The notes beneath the pieces were generated by a model, which worked only from the letters and a program-made list of their open reading frames with translations, was not told the origin of the DNA and did no database searches. 64,000 nt of DNA from a virus. Positions 40,051 to 52,735 of this stretch are shown here, one piece after another (the stretch's first letter is position 1; every line of letters starts with the position of its first letter). Both the position numbers and the translations under genes were made by a program. The stretch is taken from positions 1 through 64,000 of IMG/VR virus record IMGVR_UViG_3300025162_000043; one strand, written 5' to 3'.

Positions 40051-43000
40051 TCAAATGGTTATTCCTGAAAGTTTGTTCACGATTGAATGCTCTGCACAGA
40101 CAGGGAATTCCAATCCGTTTGTTTCCCGTCCTTCTGCTTGTTCCAGGAGGTTCCGCAAGTGAGCATCATTTGACACACAAGAATAAGACAGCGTAGAATA
40201 CAATGACCCTGGCTTAGGTGGAGCGTATGGAGTCCAACCGTCCAAATAGCTTTGCATCCATTCTGGCAATTTATCACATTGATTCCAATCTTCATTGCAC
40301 TTTGTTTTGAATTCCGCATTGGCAATATCCCAGAGACGATCAAGGATTTGATCGTTTGGCATGAATTCAAACTTATTCAAGTATGCTTGTGCAAGCTCGT
40401 CTATTTGATTAGTTCGGAATAAAATTGCGGCGAAGTAATTCATTAACGGTTGTGATTCAATTTTTTGTTTCATATTGTATTAACACCTTACACCATAAGC
40501 ATATAAATGTCAAACGGAATTTTCAAATATCTTTTAGGCACCGCCGACGAAGATCATACGAAGAAATACTGGACATTATTTCTTGGTGGAACCGTGAGCA
40601 TCCTATGAACATCCTGTGAGCATCCTATGAGCATAGCAGAATAATTACTGGACATTATTTCTTGTCTGAGCACAGTAAATGATTCGGTGAGAAGTACAGA
40701 AAAAAGCCCCAGCATTGAATGCTAGGGCCACATGGATTATTTATATTGTATATTAGTATTTCATATTATTTTATTGTGTTATAGTTTAGTCATTCGTCAG
40801 AGAAGAGGCGAGAAATTCTCGTGATATTCAGCTATGCAAAAAGATGTCATATCATTCAACTTTGCATATCCTCGTTCATCAAGATCAAGGGCACCGCTGA
40901 AAAGTGATTGAAACTTGTCAAGAGCAGTTTTAAAGTCACATGGAGCAGATTCGGCTAAAACTTTGTTGGCTCCATATTCTAACCGAATTAAAGCATATCG
41001 TTTCATACTGTTGTAAACTCTATCATTGTTCCCGTATGTCATATCTATTACACCATAACATACTCCTGTAAAATGTCAAAAAGTTTCTTCAAATATCTTT
41101 TATACACCACCGACGAAGATCAGGCGAAGAAATACTGGCCAGTAATTCTATATCATAGATATACATTTACTGGATATTATTTCTTGCCAGGCACAGTAAA
41201 TGATTCGGTGAGAAGTACAAAAAAAGCCCCCAGCTTAAAGAAGCTAGGGGCTTCGCTCACTACAAACCAATCATTGGCGCATTACTTTTTCGCTAAACAG
41301 TTTTTCGGCCAATGTATATTCATCAGGAGCAAGGTCCGCGACATGCAACAACTCATCCCAATTGCGGGCTAAATCATTTTCCGAACCGAGAAAATGGTTA
41401 TATCCGCTATTACCTTTAACTTGTGCGAGAACAAAGCCATCACCTGTTACCACCAAGCTATTAACTTGCGGAGTAACCCATTCTTGCCCGAGAATATAAG
41501 CAACAATGCTACCCATCTTTGGGGTCATAAGCCTAAAGCCTTTGGGATTAAGTTTTTCCACAAGTGTAAATATTGAAGCGGGAAGATTCCAAATTTCTCG
41601 ATATTCATGCAGGACAATTTTCTGACAATCTTTGGGCAATTCAGAAAAAGGAATGCGCGTGCCAAGATAATTTTTGCGACCAATAGCAGGAGCAAATCCT
41701 GCCTTATTCACGTCAACTTGACGCTTGCTTTCACTACGTTCAAAAGTACCTTTAGAATCAAACGGATTCTCCGACATGTAAATCCATAGGAATCCAGTAG
41801 GACCAGTTTTCGTACAACACTGCCGATTCGGGATTGAACGATATTTGCCCGAGTAAATAACAACATATCGCTCATCAGAACCTAAACAACAATTGTCATA
41901 AACTCGAATGTATCTTGGAATGCCTTTAGGCATTAGTGACCAAACTCTATTTGCAGTTTTTTTATTCATAGTAATACCTTACACCTATTTATATTTTTGT
42001 CAACCGATTAGTTAAAGAATCTTGCGCTAGTAACTAGCTGCCGAACAAGACATTTGGCATCCCGTCTGCTACTTGCCCGAACAAAGACCTGAACTGGTTC
42101 AAATTCAGACCAAGCACAATACATGTTGGTTTCTGGAGTGTATCCCCAATACGCCCCGCTTTTATCATAATCTAAATCAATCCATTTAAGTTTTTCCATG
42201 TGCAATTTAATAGGGGCATTAACATCTTGAGGCAAACGAGTTAACCTGCCCATACTTGCGCCGAACATATTACATGCTTTAGGAAGAATTAGTTTCATAT
42301 TATTACCTTAGCATAGTTATTGAAATTGTCAAATATTATCTACAATCTTTTTTATATTGTTTACGCCATTCTACCGGGGAAAGTGTCTGAGTGGTATGTG
42401 GGCGAAATTCTAATTCACCATCTTCCCGCGAGCCAATATAACCATGTTCTGTTTTAGTGGTTGCGGGAATACTGAAATAAGTGTCGGGGATAGTTGCTTT
42501 GCATCTTACTAGTTTACCAGTAACGGAATGAAAAACGATTGCTTGACGAGTGAACATGCCATAATCCCGACATTGTTCCTCAGATCCAATTGAAGTTATA
42601 TTCATGCTTCACACTATACCATAAAATACAAATGTCAAAAACTTTCGTCAAATATCTTTTGGACACCGCCAGCCATACGAAGAAATACTGGCCAGTATTT
42701 CTTTATCATAATATAAGAAATACTGGACATTATTTATTGCCAGACACAGTAAATGATTCGGTGAGAAGTACAAAAAAAAGCCCCCGGGAGTGAGAATCCC
42801 GGGGTATAGCGCCTGGCCAGCGTTATTTAATGGTTAGATGCTGAAATATATTGTGGCATAAGAGGCCTAAGCATTTACAGTTTATTCTGCTGTTCTATCG
42901 GCTACTCTCTATTAGAACCATTCGATGCCACGAAATGTTATTTGCTATCAGTTATTTCGTATTTTTCAATGTCCAATGTTTCAATGTTTACTTCGTCATA

Positions 43001-43659
43001 AATCTAATTGTTATCAAACGGAATTCATCTTAAGAAAACAGGTCATAACTCATTGGCAAGGATTGAACCGCTTCTGAGGCATGTTTCCTGGCACAAATAA
43101 AGCCAATGCAAAAAGAACGGGCTTGTTTATAGTCATCAAAGGTGTATATATCTTTTGCAAGTACACCAGATTGAACTTCAACTGTAATATGATCTTCGTG
43201 GTTAGTGATAATTAGTTTCATATAAGTTAATGGCTTTTACTTAAATCATCTGTCTTATCGGGAATAGCATCCCACAAAGTATCTGCTTTACTCTTAGCTT
43301 CTTCCATAGCAGTTTTGTATTCCCGCTCCATTGTTGGTGTGAGCCAAGACATGTACCAGCTAAGGGTTGCTTGATAGATGTCCCTGTAGTTTTTTGCCGC
43401 TTTGAGATATTCGCGGTGCGCGTCATTGAAGCAAACAACCGTACCCCAGTTCCCGAGATAAACTTCAGTTTTCATACCAATACATTAGCACACAAAAGTT
43501 ATTTGTCAAACCGAAAATGCCGATTGTTAGCATAAATGATGGGATACTTACTATTTTTCGGAGGGTTCATCCCATAAAAATAATAGGGCTTATCTGTATT
43601 GAAATGTATCCACCAAGAACCGTCATACTCGGATTGCTTGTAACAAAATATATTCTTCA
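40051..43659 (-). CDS. Series of small hypothetical genes, most with their own promoter (40051-40473, 40797-41042, 41271-41969, 42008-42298, 42336-42605, 43030-43221, 43227-43475)
   Basis: Most are preceded on the minus strand by TTGAC-N17-(-10)-N6-ATG. Confidence 0.65.
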
Positions 43660-43907
43660 TACCAATACATTAGCACACAAAAGGAATTTGTCAAAAAGTT
43701 TCTTCAAATATCTTTTAGGCACCGCCAGCCATACGAAGAAATACTGGCCATTAATTCTGCGTTATGAGAGAAGAATTACTGGACATTATTTCTTGGGATG
43801 ACTCGGTGAAACGCAGTATTTGATTCGGTGAAGTTGAGTAAATGATTCGGTGATAAAAACTTTGAAAAAGAATTTGACATCTTCATTTCGTGTGTTATGG
43901 TATAAGT

Positions 43908-46277
43908 ATGATAAATAAAAATCTTTGTGGTAAAATGAGAACGAAAGACAATCCTTATGAAGTCTGGCAATCCCTTGATGGGAGTTGGACATGGAAAGTT
44001 TTGAAAAAGTATCAAACTCCCGATAAAGAAATGAGCAATTCATTCGCTCGGTGGTTCTGTTATGTGACATCTCCCTTCTGTCCGTTCGGTGAAATGGGAG
44101 ATACTTACATTAATGAAATTAAAAGTCAAGCCGTCAAAATCTTCATTTGACAATTCGGTGAAACGTGCTAGGTTAAATATATGAACGCTAAACAATTCCG
44201 AATCGTAAAACTTGCCGTAGTGGTAAGAGAAAAAGATGCTGAATCAATTGCCGACCAACTGTGCAATATTTCATGCGACTTTGGCATCTATACTATGAGT
44301 GCCACGGAGAGCATTCCTACTCATGCAGAATGGAAAGAGATATTAGAGAACGTGCCTGAAGAAATACTCGGTGAAACAGATGAACAACAACGGCGGGATG
44401 AAAAGCATGGGCTTTATGGTGATAAACAAGATATTAGTAATTAACAATTAAACAAAACAAAATAAAATGAACGCAAAAACAGCAACGAAACTAAATGAAT
44501 TGCAAAATGCAGCAATTCCATTGGCCCTGGTAATCAATAGCCGGACACTTTGCATCCTCACTGGCAAAGTACATAAGTCAACAGCCAAGGCAATAACTGC
44601 CGCATTGACTAGAGTGCTTCCCGCAACAATTGCCAATCGGATTATCTATGGCGCAAAGCATCGGGAATTTGTAGCGTTGCCCGAAGTCGTTGAAATGTCG
44701 TGCCCTATGTTTTACTGGCTAACTTCTGAAGATACATACAAATTGGCACTGCCAGAGATTACTGCCATAATCAATCAACAGAATACGGAAACCCTCAATG
44801 CCTATGAAACATACAGACTGGCGTGTGAACAGGGAGTAGCCGTACCCCCTGAGAAATAACTATCAACTACAACCCCAGGGCTAAAACCCTTGGGGTTTCC
44901 CTCCTTCAAAATATGAAACAAGTAACTTGTAAATCTGGATTAAAAGGATGGCAGGGCCATTTGCGAGAGAATTATGCATCCTTCAATGAGTTTGAATATT
45001 TCTCGGAGCAAAATGGACTTCATGCCAGGCTTGGGTATAAAACCGCTTTAGCGGCTTGGCACAATAATCCAAAAATTCAAGGCTCGGTGAATCCCAGTGA
45101 TTATCGGAGGGTTCGGTGAAAACAATATACTTTCAATTAACTCTCAATGTTGCATTTGACCCGAATGGAACTACTCCTGCTGAATTGAAAGCAAATCTAT
45201 TACAAGTTATTAAGGATGCCACAAGTAACGGCACACTGACAGGAGAGACCCCCGCAACCGTGAAGCAGTATGCTGTTTCGGTGAATCAACTTAAAAAATG
45301 ATGTTATGTCATATTTTGCCCATCTTAAAGCGAACTGGAAAGTTGCCGTGAAATGTTTGGCTTTATCCACCTTTCATTTTATTCATGGTATTGTTCCTTG
45401 CAAATATACCGAGCATGAATATTATGGGTTTAATTTCAAAAAAGATAGTTGACATTCTTCCCCCGAACTGTTATTCTTAGTGGCATGAAAAACAAATGGA
45501 TATTAAGAAATAGAATGTCAACACAGGAATTTGATAGTTTCCCCTATGCTTTCCGTAATATGTTCGCTATTGTGAAAAAGAGTGCAGAGACAGGAAAGCT
45601 AGAGGAAACAATTAAAAGCATAAGAATCATTAGTCCTCAAAAAGATAGTTATGGAGACCCACGAAAATATAACTATACTGCCGCGTGTGAAATGGCTAAA
45701 GCAAGCGGACTTCTGAGTTCTGATGATCAAATCAATTCAAAGGAATTCAAACGAAAATGAAACAAATCACTTAACGTGAACTAAAATTTTATCCATTGCC
45801 CCGCTTATGCGGGGTTTTTTATTGCCCACCGAATATAAGAAATACTGGCCAGTAAATTTTATTTCAAACGCACTTGACATTTTCCGAAAATGTGGTTTAT
45901 TCGTGCTATGACAAAAATTGAAGCCATAGCATATCTTCGCAAGAAAGTACTTTTGGAAAAGAAAGCTGCACTCAAAGAACAATTCAATGTTGCTCGGCGG
46001 GAAACCGAAGAAACAATGAGAGAACTTGAAGAAATAGAGAAAAAGAATTTGACAAATCAAGAAGATGATATAAAATAATAATATGACTAACAAAAAAAGA
46101 AATTCATTGCCGACGGTGAAACAATCCATTGCTCACATTGAAGCTACAGACTATAAGTTAATGCACCGCAAACGAGGATTGTATATCTTTCGCAGTGAGA
46201 CCCGTCCATTACATGCCAGAGAATTAGCATTCACCATGCGAGAATTGCGGGATGCTCACCGAGGAATTGGATTTTAA
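43908..46277 (+). CDS. Plus-strand series of small hypothetical genes (43908-44150, 44181-44444, 44467-44859, 44913-45119, 45116-45301, 45485-45760, 45908-46078, 46083-46277)
   Basis: ORF track; several leaderless promoters; terminator at 45798-45822. Confidence 0.65.
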
Positions 46278-48576
46278 GACACAATTTCGTAAGCATCTTT
46301 CGGCAATCCATAATAAGTATCCCCGTCATAGGTTTCAAAGAAAACAGGATTCAACGTCTCTACGTTGAGTTCCTGCCATTTTCGTAAGGTAATATCCCAT
46401 GTCTCATCCAATTTCGGTTTGTACACCTCAACCAATATATCTCTGAGAATTCTTATTTTAGTCATATTGATATATACTGGCCAGTAAATGTTTACGTATC
46501 CATTTTCGGTGAGTAAACAAAAAAAGACCCCATCACTTGATGGAGTCTTCGGCAATAAAAAGAAACTATTTAGAAATTGGACGAGTAAGTATGATTATAC
46601 GAAAGACTGTTTCGCCCTCAAGGAGTAATTCCTGATTATCATTGATAAGTTGTACAATCTTTTTACCTTCAATCAAATCACCCTTTTTAATCATCTTGTT
46701 CTCATCGTATGTCATTTCTACACTGGGCACCCAAATTTGAGTTAGTTTCATATTTTTCCTTTCGTTGCGGAAACCCCGATGGCTTTAGCCTCGGGGAGGA
46801 GCAACGAAATATAATTAATAATTTCTGTTGACATTCTTCTTAATTCCTGTTATACATATCACAGTTCTTTGATACATGGTTTGGATAGTAGAAAATAATT
46901 GCTTCTATCCAGTAAAATCAATCAAGCATCGTTTTGTGAATAGACCAGAAGGCACTCCGCTTGCGGAGGAACCGTTATGTAGGGTCTTTGACTCACAATC
47001 AACATCCTCCTCATTATCCGTTAAGGATAAACTGGAAGGCAGGCCACGGTCAATTGGCCAACCGTCTGTAAATCTTTCTTGAATTATGTTAAGCATAAGC
47101 ATTAGAGTCTGGCAAGCCCCGACCCTTCAGGGTCGCGGGTAGTTGACATTTTTACACCCTTACCCACCAATTGTAATGCATCATCGCTTTCAATGGCGAT
47201 CAATGTCCAATCGCATATATCCCCGCCAGTATCACTAAGACCATCAAGATCCCGCAATCGGAAATACTCCATGTCAAAACAAGGATGCTCCATTGCAATT
47301 CTACGAATGGATTTTAATGCTTTTATCATCTCAGCTTCGGCAGATAGATTTGTCATAATTCAGTATATTCCACCGAGACAGAGGAAGGAGTAGCTAAATA
47401 TGGAGAAGCACAATATTTCTTCTTAGCTTTCTTCTCAGCCGCATTGTGAGAGCCAGCTTTGATATATCCCCTCTCAAGCCCATTTACATAAACAATAAAG
47501 GTTTTCATATTATTTTTAATCGCCGCTGTCAATTTTGATATATGCCTCTGCAAGATAGATATAACGACATCCTTCTACCTTAGTGAATGCCCCAAGACTA
47601 CAGCCAGCATTCCCCTTTGGTAACATTTTGGCAATCTCACTTCTCCATTGCAAGGAAGTACGAGACGAAACATTGTCATAAGTGGTATCATCTGGATTGC
47701 CTTTAACATATACCAAGTAATTGAAATGGTCATAAGACCGACCAAGCGGTTTACTTCCATTCTCAACGATTGCTATGTGAATAGACTCAAGGTTAATTGT
47801 CATATTGTTATTTAATCTACAAATTCATGATCGGCAAATACTTTTTCAATAGGTTTCAGCTCTGCCTTTGCTTTTGGTTCTGGACTTTTTGTGGCGAACA
47901 ATCCTACTCTCCATCCTAATTTTAACAATGCCTTATCAAGTGCATCGTCATAATCATATGCTTCCACTTCAAAAGAATTGTTATTGTCTTTATAGTTATA
48001 TACAGTAAATGTTCTCATATCTATACAATACACCGCTTGCCTAAATTGTCAAATTCTTTTTCTGATTATTTTTATCGTTCGGGCCAACCATTGAGGATGA
48101 CAGCCACAATCATAATAAGGATAGCCACAACGAGGACAACATTCCCCACAAATTCTTATGTGAGTCATAAATGAGTCAGTTACTTTATCTCCTTCGGGAA
48201 ACATAGATATACGTCTCCATCGGTATTTCTAACAATAAAAGAATTGTCATTGGGAAGATATACAATTTCAGAAATAGTAATAACATCACCCGTACTAATT
48301 GTAATTTCATCTCCTGGCTTCAGATTCTTTCTCCAATCTTTACAATTGTCTGAAACCGTTGAATTCTTAGCTGTCTTTATTTTCATATTGTTGACTCAAC
48401 GCCTGATATATTTTTCGGGTATATTCCGCTAAATTCATAAATTGTTCTTCCGTATAAGCCATAGACTTCTCTTCTATTTCTCTTTGTTTATTCTCCGCAA
48501 TCATAGCCTGCATCTGACATTCAGAATAAAATAAAAGTTCTGCTATGGCCATCTCGGTTGTATTGTCTATAATCAT
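46274..48576 (-). CDS. Series of small hypothetical genes (46274-46465, 46566-46751, 47102-47356, 47353-47508, 47516-47803, 47812-48018, 48180-48386, 48367-48576)
   Basis: ORF track; duplicated 45-nt promoter at ~48015 and ~48573. Confidence 0.55.
46752..47147 (+). mobile_element. Second copy of the 396-nt promoter+omegaRNA cassette
   Basis: Near-identical to 8396-8791; after TTCAT; ends GTAGTTGAC. Confidence 0.88.
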
Positions 48577-48670
48577 ATCTATACAATACACCGCTTGCCT
48601 AAATTGTCAAATTCTTTCTCCGATTATTTTCTATTTGACATTCTCAATAGGTGTGCTATATTTATCGTAT

Positions 48671-49407
48671 ATGGCAAAAATAGATTCAAATAATACGTTC
48701 GGTGATTTTTCAAAACGAATTAACCTGTCTTCAGATAGACATAACCTTAAACCTATAGCACCATCACTAACCTTTGAAAAATACCTTATACAATCTATTA
48801 AAGAAGGTAACGCTATACTTGAAGCCGAAAAGAATTCGGTGAATACACCGCCTAAACCTGACTCGGTGAAGTTACCTACCAACCCCTGCACTGAAGTAAG
48901 TAAAAATGCCTACACAAGAGCAAGAATTGAAATCCTGGCAAAGTTAACCCCAATAGCCCGAGGTGTTATTGAAAAAATGGAACGAAATGAATTGGAAAAA
49001 GATAATCGTTACGATAGATTCTGCCAAGCTATCGCCATACTCGGAGATAAATTAAGTGAACAAAAATAGTTATGTTATACATTGACCCATCAAAATTACT
49101 CAGTCGTAAATTCTACGTCCATGACTCAAAAATCATTTATACTGCAATCGGATATGGCCAAAATGAAACCGCATTCATTGTAGGAGAATACCCAGACCCA
49201 GGCTATTTAGCCAAATATAACCGTCTCGTAACCCATAAACTAACCGATTGCAAATTCACTGACTTTGTGCCATCAGCAGTATCTTCACCTTCACCACCAC
49301 CGCCAATTCCACCTTCATGGGATACAGATTCAATTGCACCACCACCGTATCCACCACCACCAATTCCACCTTCATGGGATACAGATTCAATTGCAACTGT
49401 TCCATAG
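48671..49407 (+). CDS. Two hypothetical genes (48671-49069; 49072-49407 with a duplicated Pro-rich tail)
   Basis: TTGACA promoter; PPPIPPSWDTDSIA occurs twice. Confidence 0.6.
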
Positions 49408-49596
49408 CTTTCATTGCAATTGCAACAAACCTAACCCCTTGACCGTTCAAGGGGTTTTTTAATGCCATTGGCTATAAGAAATACTGGCCAGTAAATCTAT
49501 TCTAACTATATGATTCATATCAAGACAGGAAAAAACGGCAGGAACCCCCTGCCGCCAATATGACTAACACCACACCTTAAGGCTTCCAAAATTTAT

Positions 49597-49629
49597 GTTT
49601 CAATCCGCATCCCTTGCGGGATGATATAC
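49597..49629 (-). CRISPR. Solitary CRISPR-repeat-like unit (type I-C-like), not an array
   Basis: GTATATCATCCCGCAAGGGATGCGGATTGAAAC: hairpin plus GGATTGAAAC end. Confidence 0.55.
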
Positions 49630-49635
49630 CGCATC

Positions 49636-50139
49636 TTAAGGCTTCCAAAATTTATGACGGGCTACATCGTATGCTTCTTTAACATTTGACCCGTGTCCAT
49701 ATACGTTCTCGTGACATAATGGATCACAGGGTATGTTATTGCACCAAACCTGTATTCCCGCATCATCTGCAATTACAGTCATTGGCCCATCACAAAGAGG
49801 ACATTTATATATCAGGTTTCCTGTAGTTACCACACGATGATTCAATTTAGCCACTGGAGGCGTCGAAACCACTGGAGGCGGGTTAGACATGGTTTGACGC
49901 ATTACAGTGGCTAGAATAGGCCCTGGCGAATTAGTACAGGCATTACCAGTTACAAGTCTGTAGAGATTTGATGCCTTTCCTCTGCCAGAAGGTTGTGGAC
50001 GAGTACCTGTTTTTACAATAATACCACTCTTAAGGTCATCTTGAAGCAAAAAATAAATTGAAAGCTTCTCTCTGCCATTAGAATCTGCCAATTCAGCTTG
50101 AGTAAATTCACCGTCGGGATATTGTAATGTATTAACCAT
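49636..50139 (-). CDS. Winged-HTH plus Zn-ribbon protein
   Basis: EFTQAELA...GRGKASNLYRL; CPLC...WCNNIPC. Confidence 0.55.
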   Translation of the reverse strand: MVNTLQYPDGEFTQAELADSNGREKLSIYFLLQDDLKSGIIVKTGTRPQPSGRGKASNLYRLVTGNACTNSPGPILATVMRQTMSNPPPVVSTPPVAKLNHRVVTTGNLIYKCPLCDGPMTVIADDAGIQVWCNNIPCDPLCHENVYGHGSNVKEAYDVARHKFWKP

Positions 50140-50143
50140 AAAA

Positions 50144-51127
50144 TTAACCTTCTTCTAAATTTGTAATCTGTTCCACCAGGTCTTTTATAGTTTTCTCCAA
50201 TTCAACCGCCTCATCTATTTTCTCACAGACAGGACAGTTTTTGCATTCGTAGCAAACTTCTTCGTGATTATGGCAACATAGAGTCATAGTTTTAATCAAC
50301 CAGATTAGGGTTATCTTCGCACTCATGAAGCACAGAATCTTTAAGGCTAAAATAAGCAGTCTTTGCTGCATCATCCAGTGTTTCCCGCTGTTTATCATCC
50401 GAAGCATCGTCGGGAACTTGAACTGTCACAATTGCCGACCAAACATAAGTTGCGGTCAAACTTTTCATGCTCTTATTCATTCGTGCATCCTTTTGAATTG
50501 CTTTAACAAAATTATGTAACTTAGCATAATTACTAGTATTAAAGTCGCCATCACAAAACTTATCTGCCCATTCTTTTGGTGTTTTCATATTTATCACTCT
50601 AACACAACATTGAAATTTGTCAAATGGAATTATCAATCTTTAACGATTTGCTCATCATAAATCCATTGACCGAGTTTGCCGCTCAAGGTTTCCCCAATAT
50701 AACCCTCTTTGGGATTTTCGGGGGTACCCATCATTCGTACTTCCACTATTTTCATTTTTCTGATTACATATTTGCTATCATCAATCCCATGTATGGGATA
50801 TACTTTATACCGAACTACATCATTGAGTTTTAGTTTCATAATTTTCATGACATTGCAGCAGGATTAAACGATACAACTTTGAATTGCCGTATTCTTGACT
50901 GGCAGAACTTCTTGAATTGATAGCGGGGATGTTCATTCTTTACGGTTCTCTCCAATCCTGTAATATAACTCCCCGTTGCTGAAATAAGACGTACAACACG
51001 AAATACAAGTTCCCCCTGTAATTGACGAAGGATAATCAAAAGTGACAAGAGGACTCTTTTCAATTATCCGTGAATTCCTTGAGGCTTTAGCTCTCACATA
51101 ACCAGAAAATACAAACACATTCATCAT
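50144..51127 (-). CDS. Small hypothetical genes (50144-50287, 50292-50588, 50633-50848, 50933-51127)
   Basis: ORF track. Confidence 0.45.
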
Positions 51128-51352
51128 GCCTATATAATAACACAACATTGAAATTTGTCAAATGAAAATAAAAAATATAAAAAGTTGCCGACAGGATTAT
51201 TTGTGTTATAGTTATCCAACATTGACGAAATGAAGTTTTGGTTCATAGTTATTGATTGACACGAAAGCACTACCAATAAAATAATTTCTCAGTTAAGCCC
51301 CCCGGAATTTTGGGTAGTGCCTTCTTCCGAGGGGCATTTTATTTAAGGCACT

Positions 51353-51838
51353 ATGACTAAACCGTTTTTTTTGAAAGTTCCGAGTGATTTACTCGCCCGA
51401 ACTGATATTACATCAACCCGAAAACTAATTCTTTCCTATTTCCAACTTCGCTCAGGTATTAACAACTGGACCTTTAATGCCACTGATATATCCATAACAA
51501 TAGGGATTTGTTATAGAACTGCCAAAAGAGAACTCAAAGACCTTGAATCAAATGGAATAATCAAATGTATAGGTTATTCTTCCAGATGGCAAAAAAGATA
51601 TAAGAAATACATTCTCATAGAACAGGACAAAATGTCCTTTTCCAGAAAGGGACAAAATGTCCCCTCCAGAAAGGGACAAAATGTCCCACTAGAAGAAGTA
51701 CAGAAAAAAGAAGTACCAGAAGTATATAAGAAAGAGAGTACAGAAGTACATAGTACTCCTGGTATTATACAGGAAAACGTAGAAGACATTATTCGGCAGA
51801 TACGATATAACTCCCAATTTCTTGTAACTCGAAAATAA
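51353..51838 (+). CDS. HTH replication-initiator-like protein with intragenic iterons
   Basis: FLKVPSDLLARTDITSTRKLIL + HTH (ATDISITIGICYRTAKRELKDLESNG) + GQNVP repeats. Confidence 0.6.
   Translation: MTKPFFLKVPSDLLARTDITSTRKLILSYFQLRSGINNWTFNATDISITIGICYRTAKRELKDLESNGIIKCIGYSSRWQKRYKKYILIEQDKMSFSRKGQNVPSRKGQNVPLEEVQKKEVPEVYKKESTEVHSTPGIIQENVEDIIRQIRYNSQFLVTRK
51625..51686. repeat. Three iteron-like palindromes GGACAAAATGTCC
   Basis: At 51625, 51650 and 51674. Confidence 0.85.
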
Positions 51839-51841
51839 TCT

Positions 51842-52057
51842 ATGAACTTAATGAATCCTATTGAAATTCAATTAAAACGAAAAGCCAAACGACTTGGGTA
51901 TAGATTGAGACGTATTCCAACAAATGATCCGTGGTATCTTTCAATTGGTCCCTATTACATGGTTAATCGATCTTCCAATAGGGTATATTACAAACGGCTT
52001 GGCTTACACGAAGTATTTGGAATCCTAACCACCATTCAACCTCCCAATAAAAAATAA
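51842..52057 (+). CDS. Hypothetical basic protein
   Basis: ORF track. Confidence 0.5.
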   Translation: MNLMNPIEIQLKRKAKRLGYRLRRIPTNDPWYLSIGPYYMVNRSSNRVYYKRLGLHEVFGILTTIQPPNKK

Positions 52058-52735
52058 ACAAATACTGGCCAGTAATTCTTATACTATATTTCAATAGTAT
52101 TCCGTCCGTTATTATATTAAGAATTTGAAGAAATACTGGACATTAAATATTAATAAATACTGGCCAGTATTTCTCAATATTGGCAGTAAATGATTCGGTG
52201 AAACGGAGTATTTCATTCGGTGAGTACAAAGAAAAACGACGAATGAAATAATTGCATACGTTCTCACGTGCATAAGTGCTTAAGCAACTACTTACATTCG
52301 CCGTTTTAATGAGAGTATGGAGAAAGTTAGCTATCCTTTTATCCATACTCTCTTTCACCGTTACATTAGACAAGAGGGTTTATTTAACCTCTGTTATATT
52401 CTCTTATTTATCAGGGCGAGGGCTTCCACTGAAAACCAGTCTAATTCAACGGGATTTGATTCCCATTCTACTGAGATTCCTCTGTTACTTGTGACTGTGA
52501 CTTAACTTGACTTGTGACCGCACTTGTGAAGGTCACAGTAGAATGTTATCCTTACTGAATAGAATCAAAATTAGATGTTACGGGGGTTTGTGTTTACTGG
52601 ACTCACCTTATCCCGTTTTTGTGGTAGTTGTCCTATTCCTACCCATTAACTAACATCCAAATTCAAAGATCAATCTGCAAAAACACCAACTTTCCGAGTC
52701 ATTTTCAGTTGGTTGACTCATCAACTAGTCATCCG

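Noticed and set aside
41073-43801. Plus-strand ORFs containing KKYWPV (41073, 42590, 43517)
   Set aside because: Translations of the intergenic repeat blocks.
49256-49468. His-rich and antisense repeat ORFs
   Set aside because: Other frames of the Pro-rich duplication in 49072-49407.
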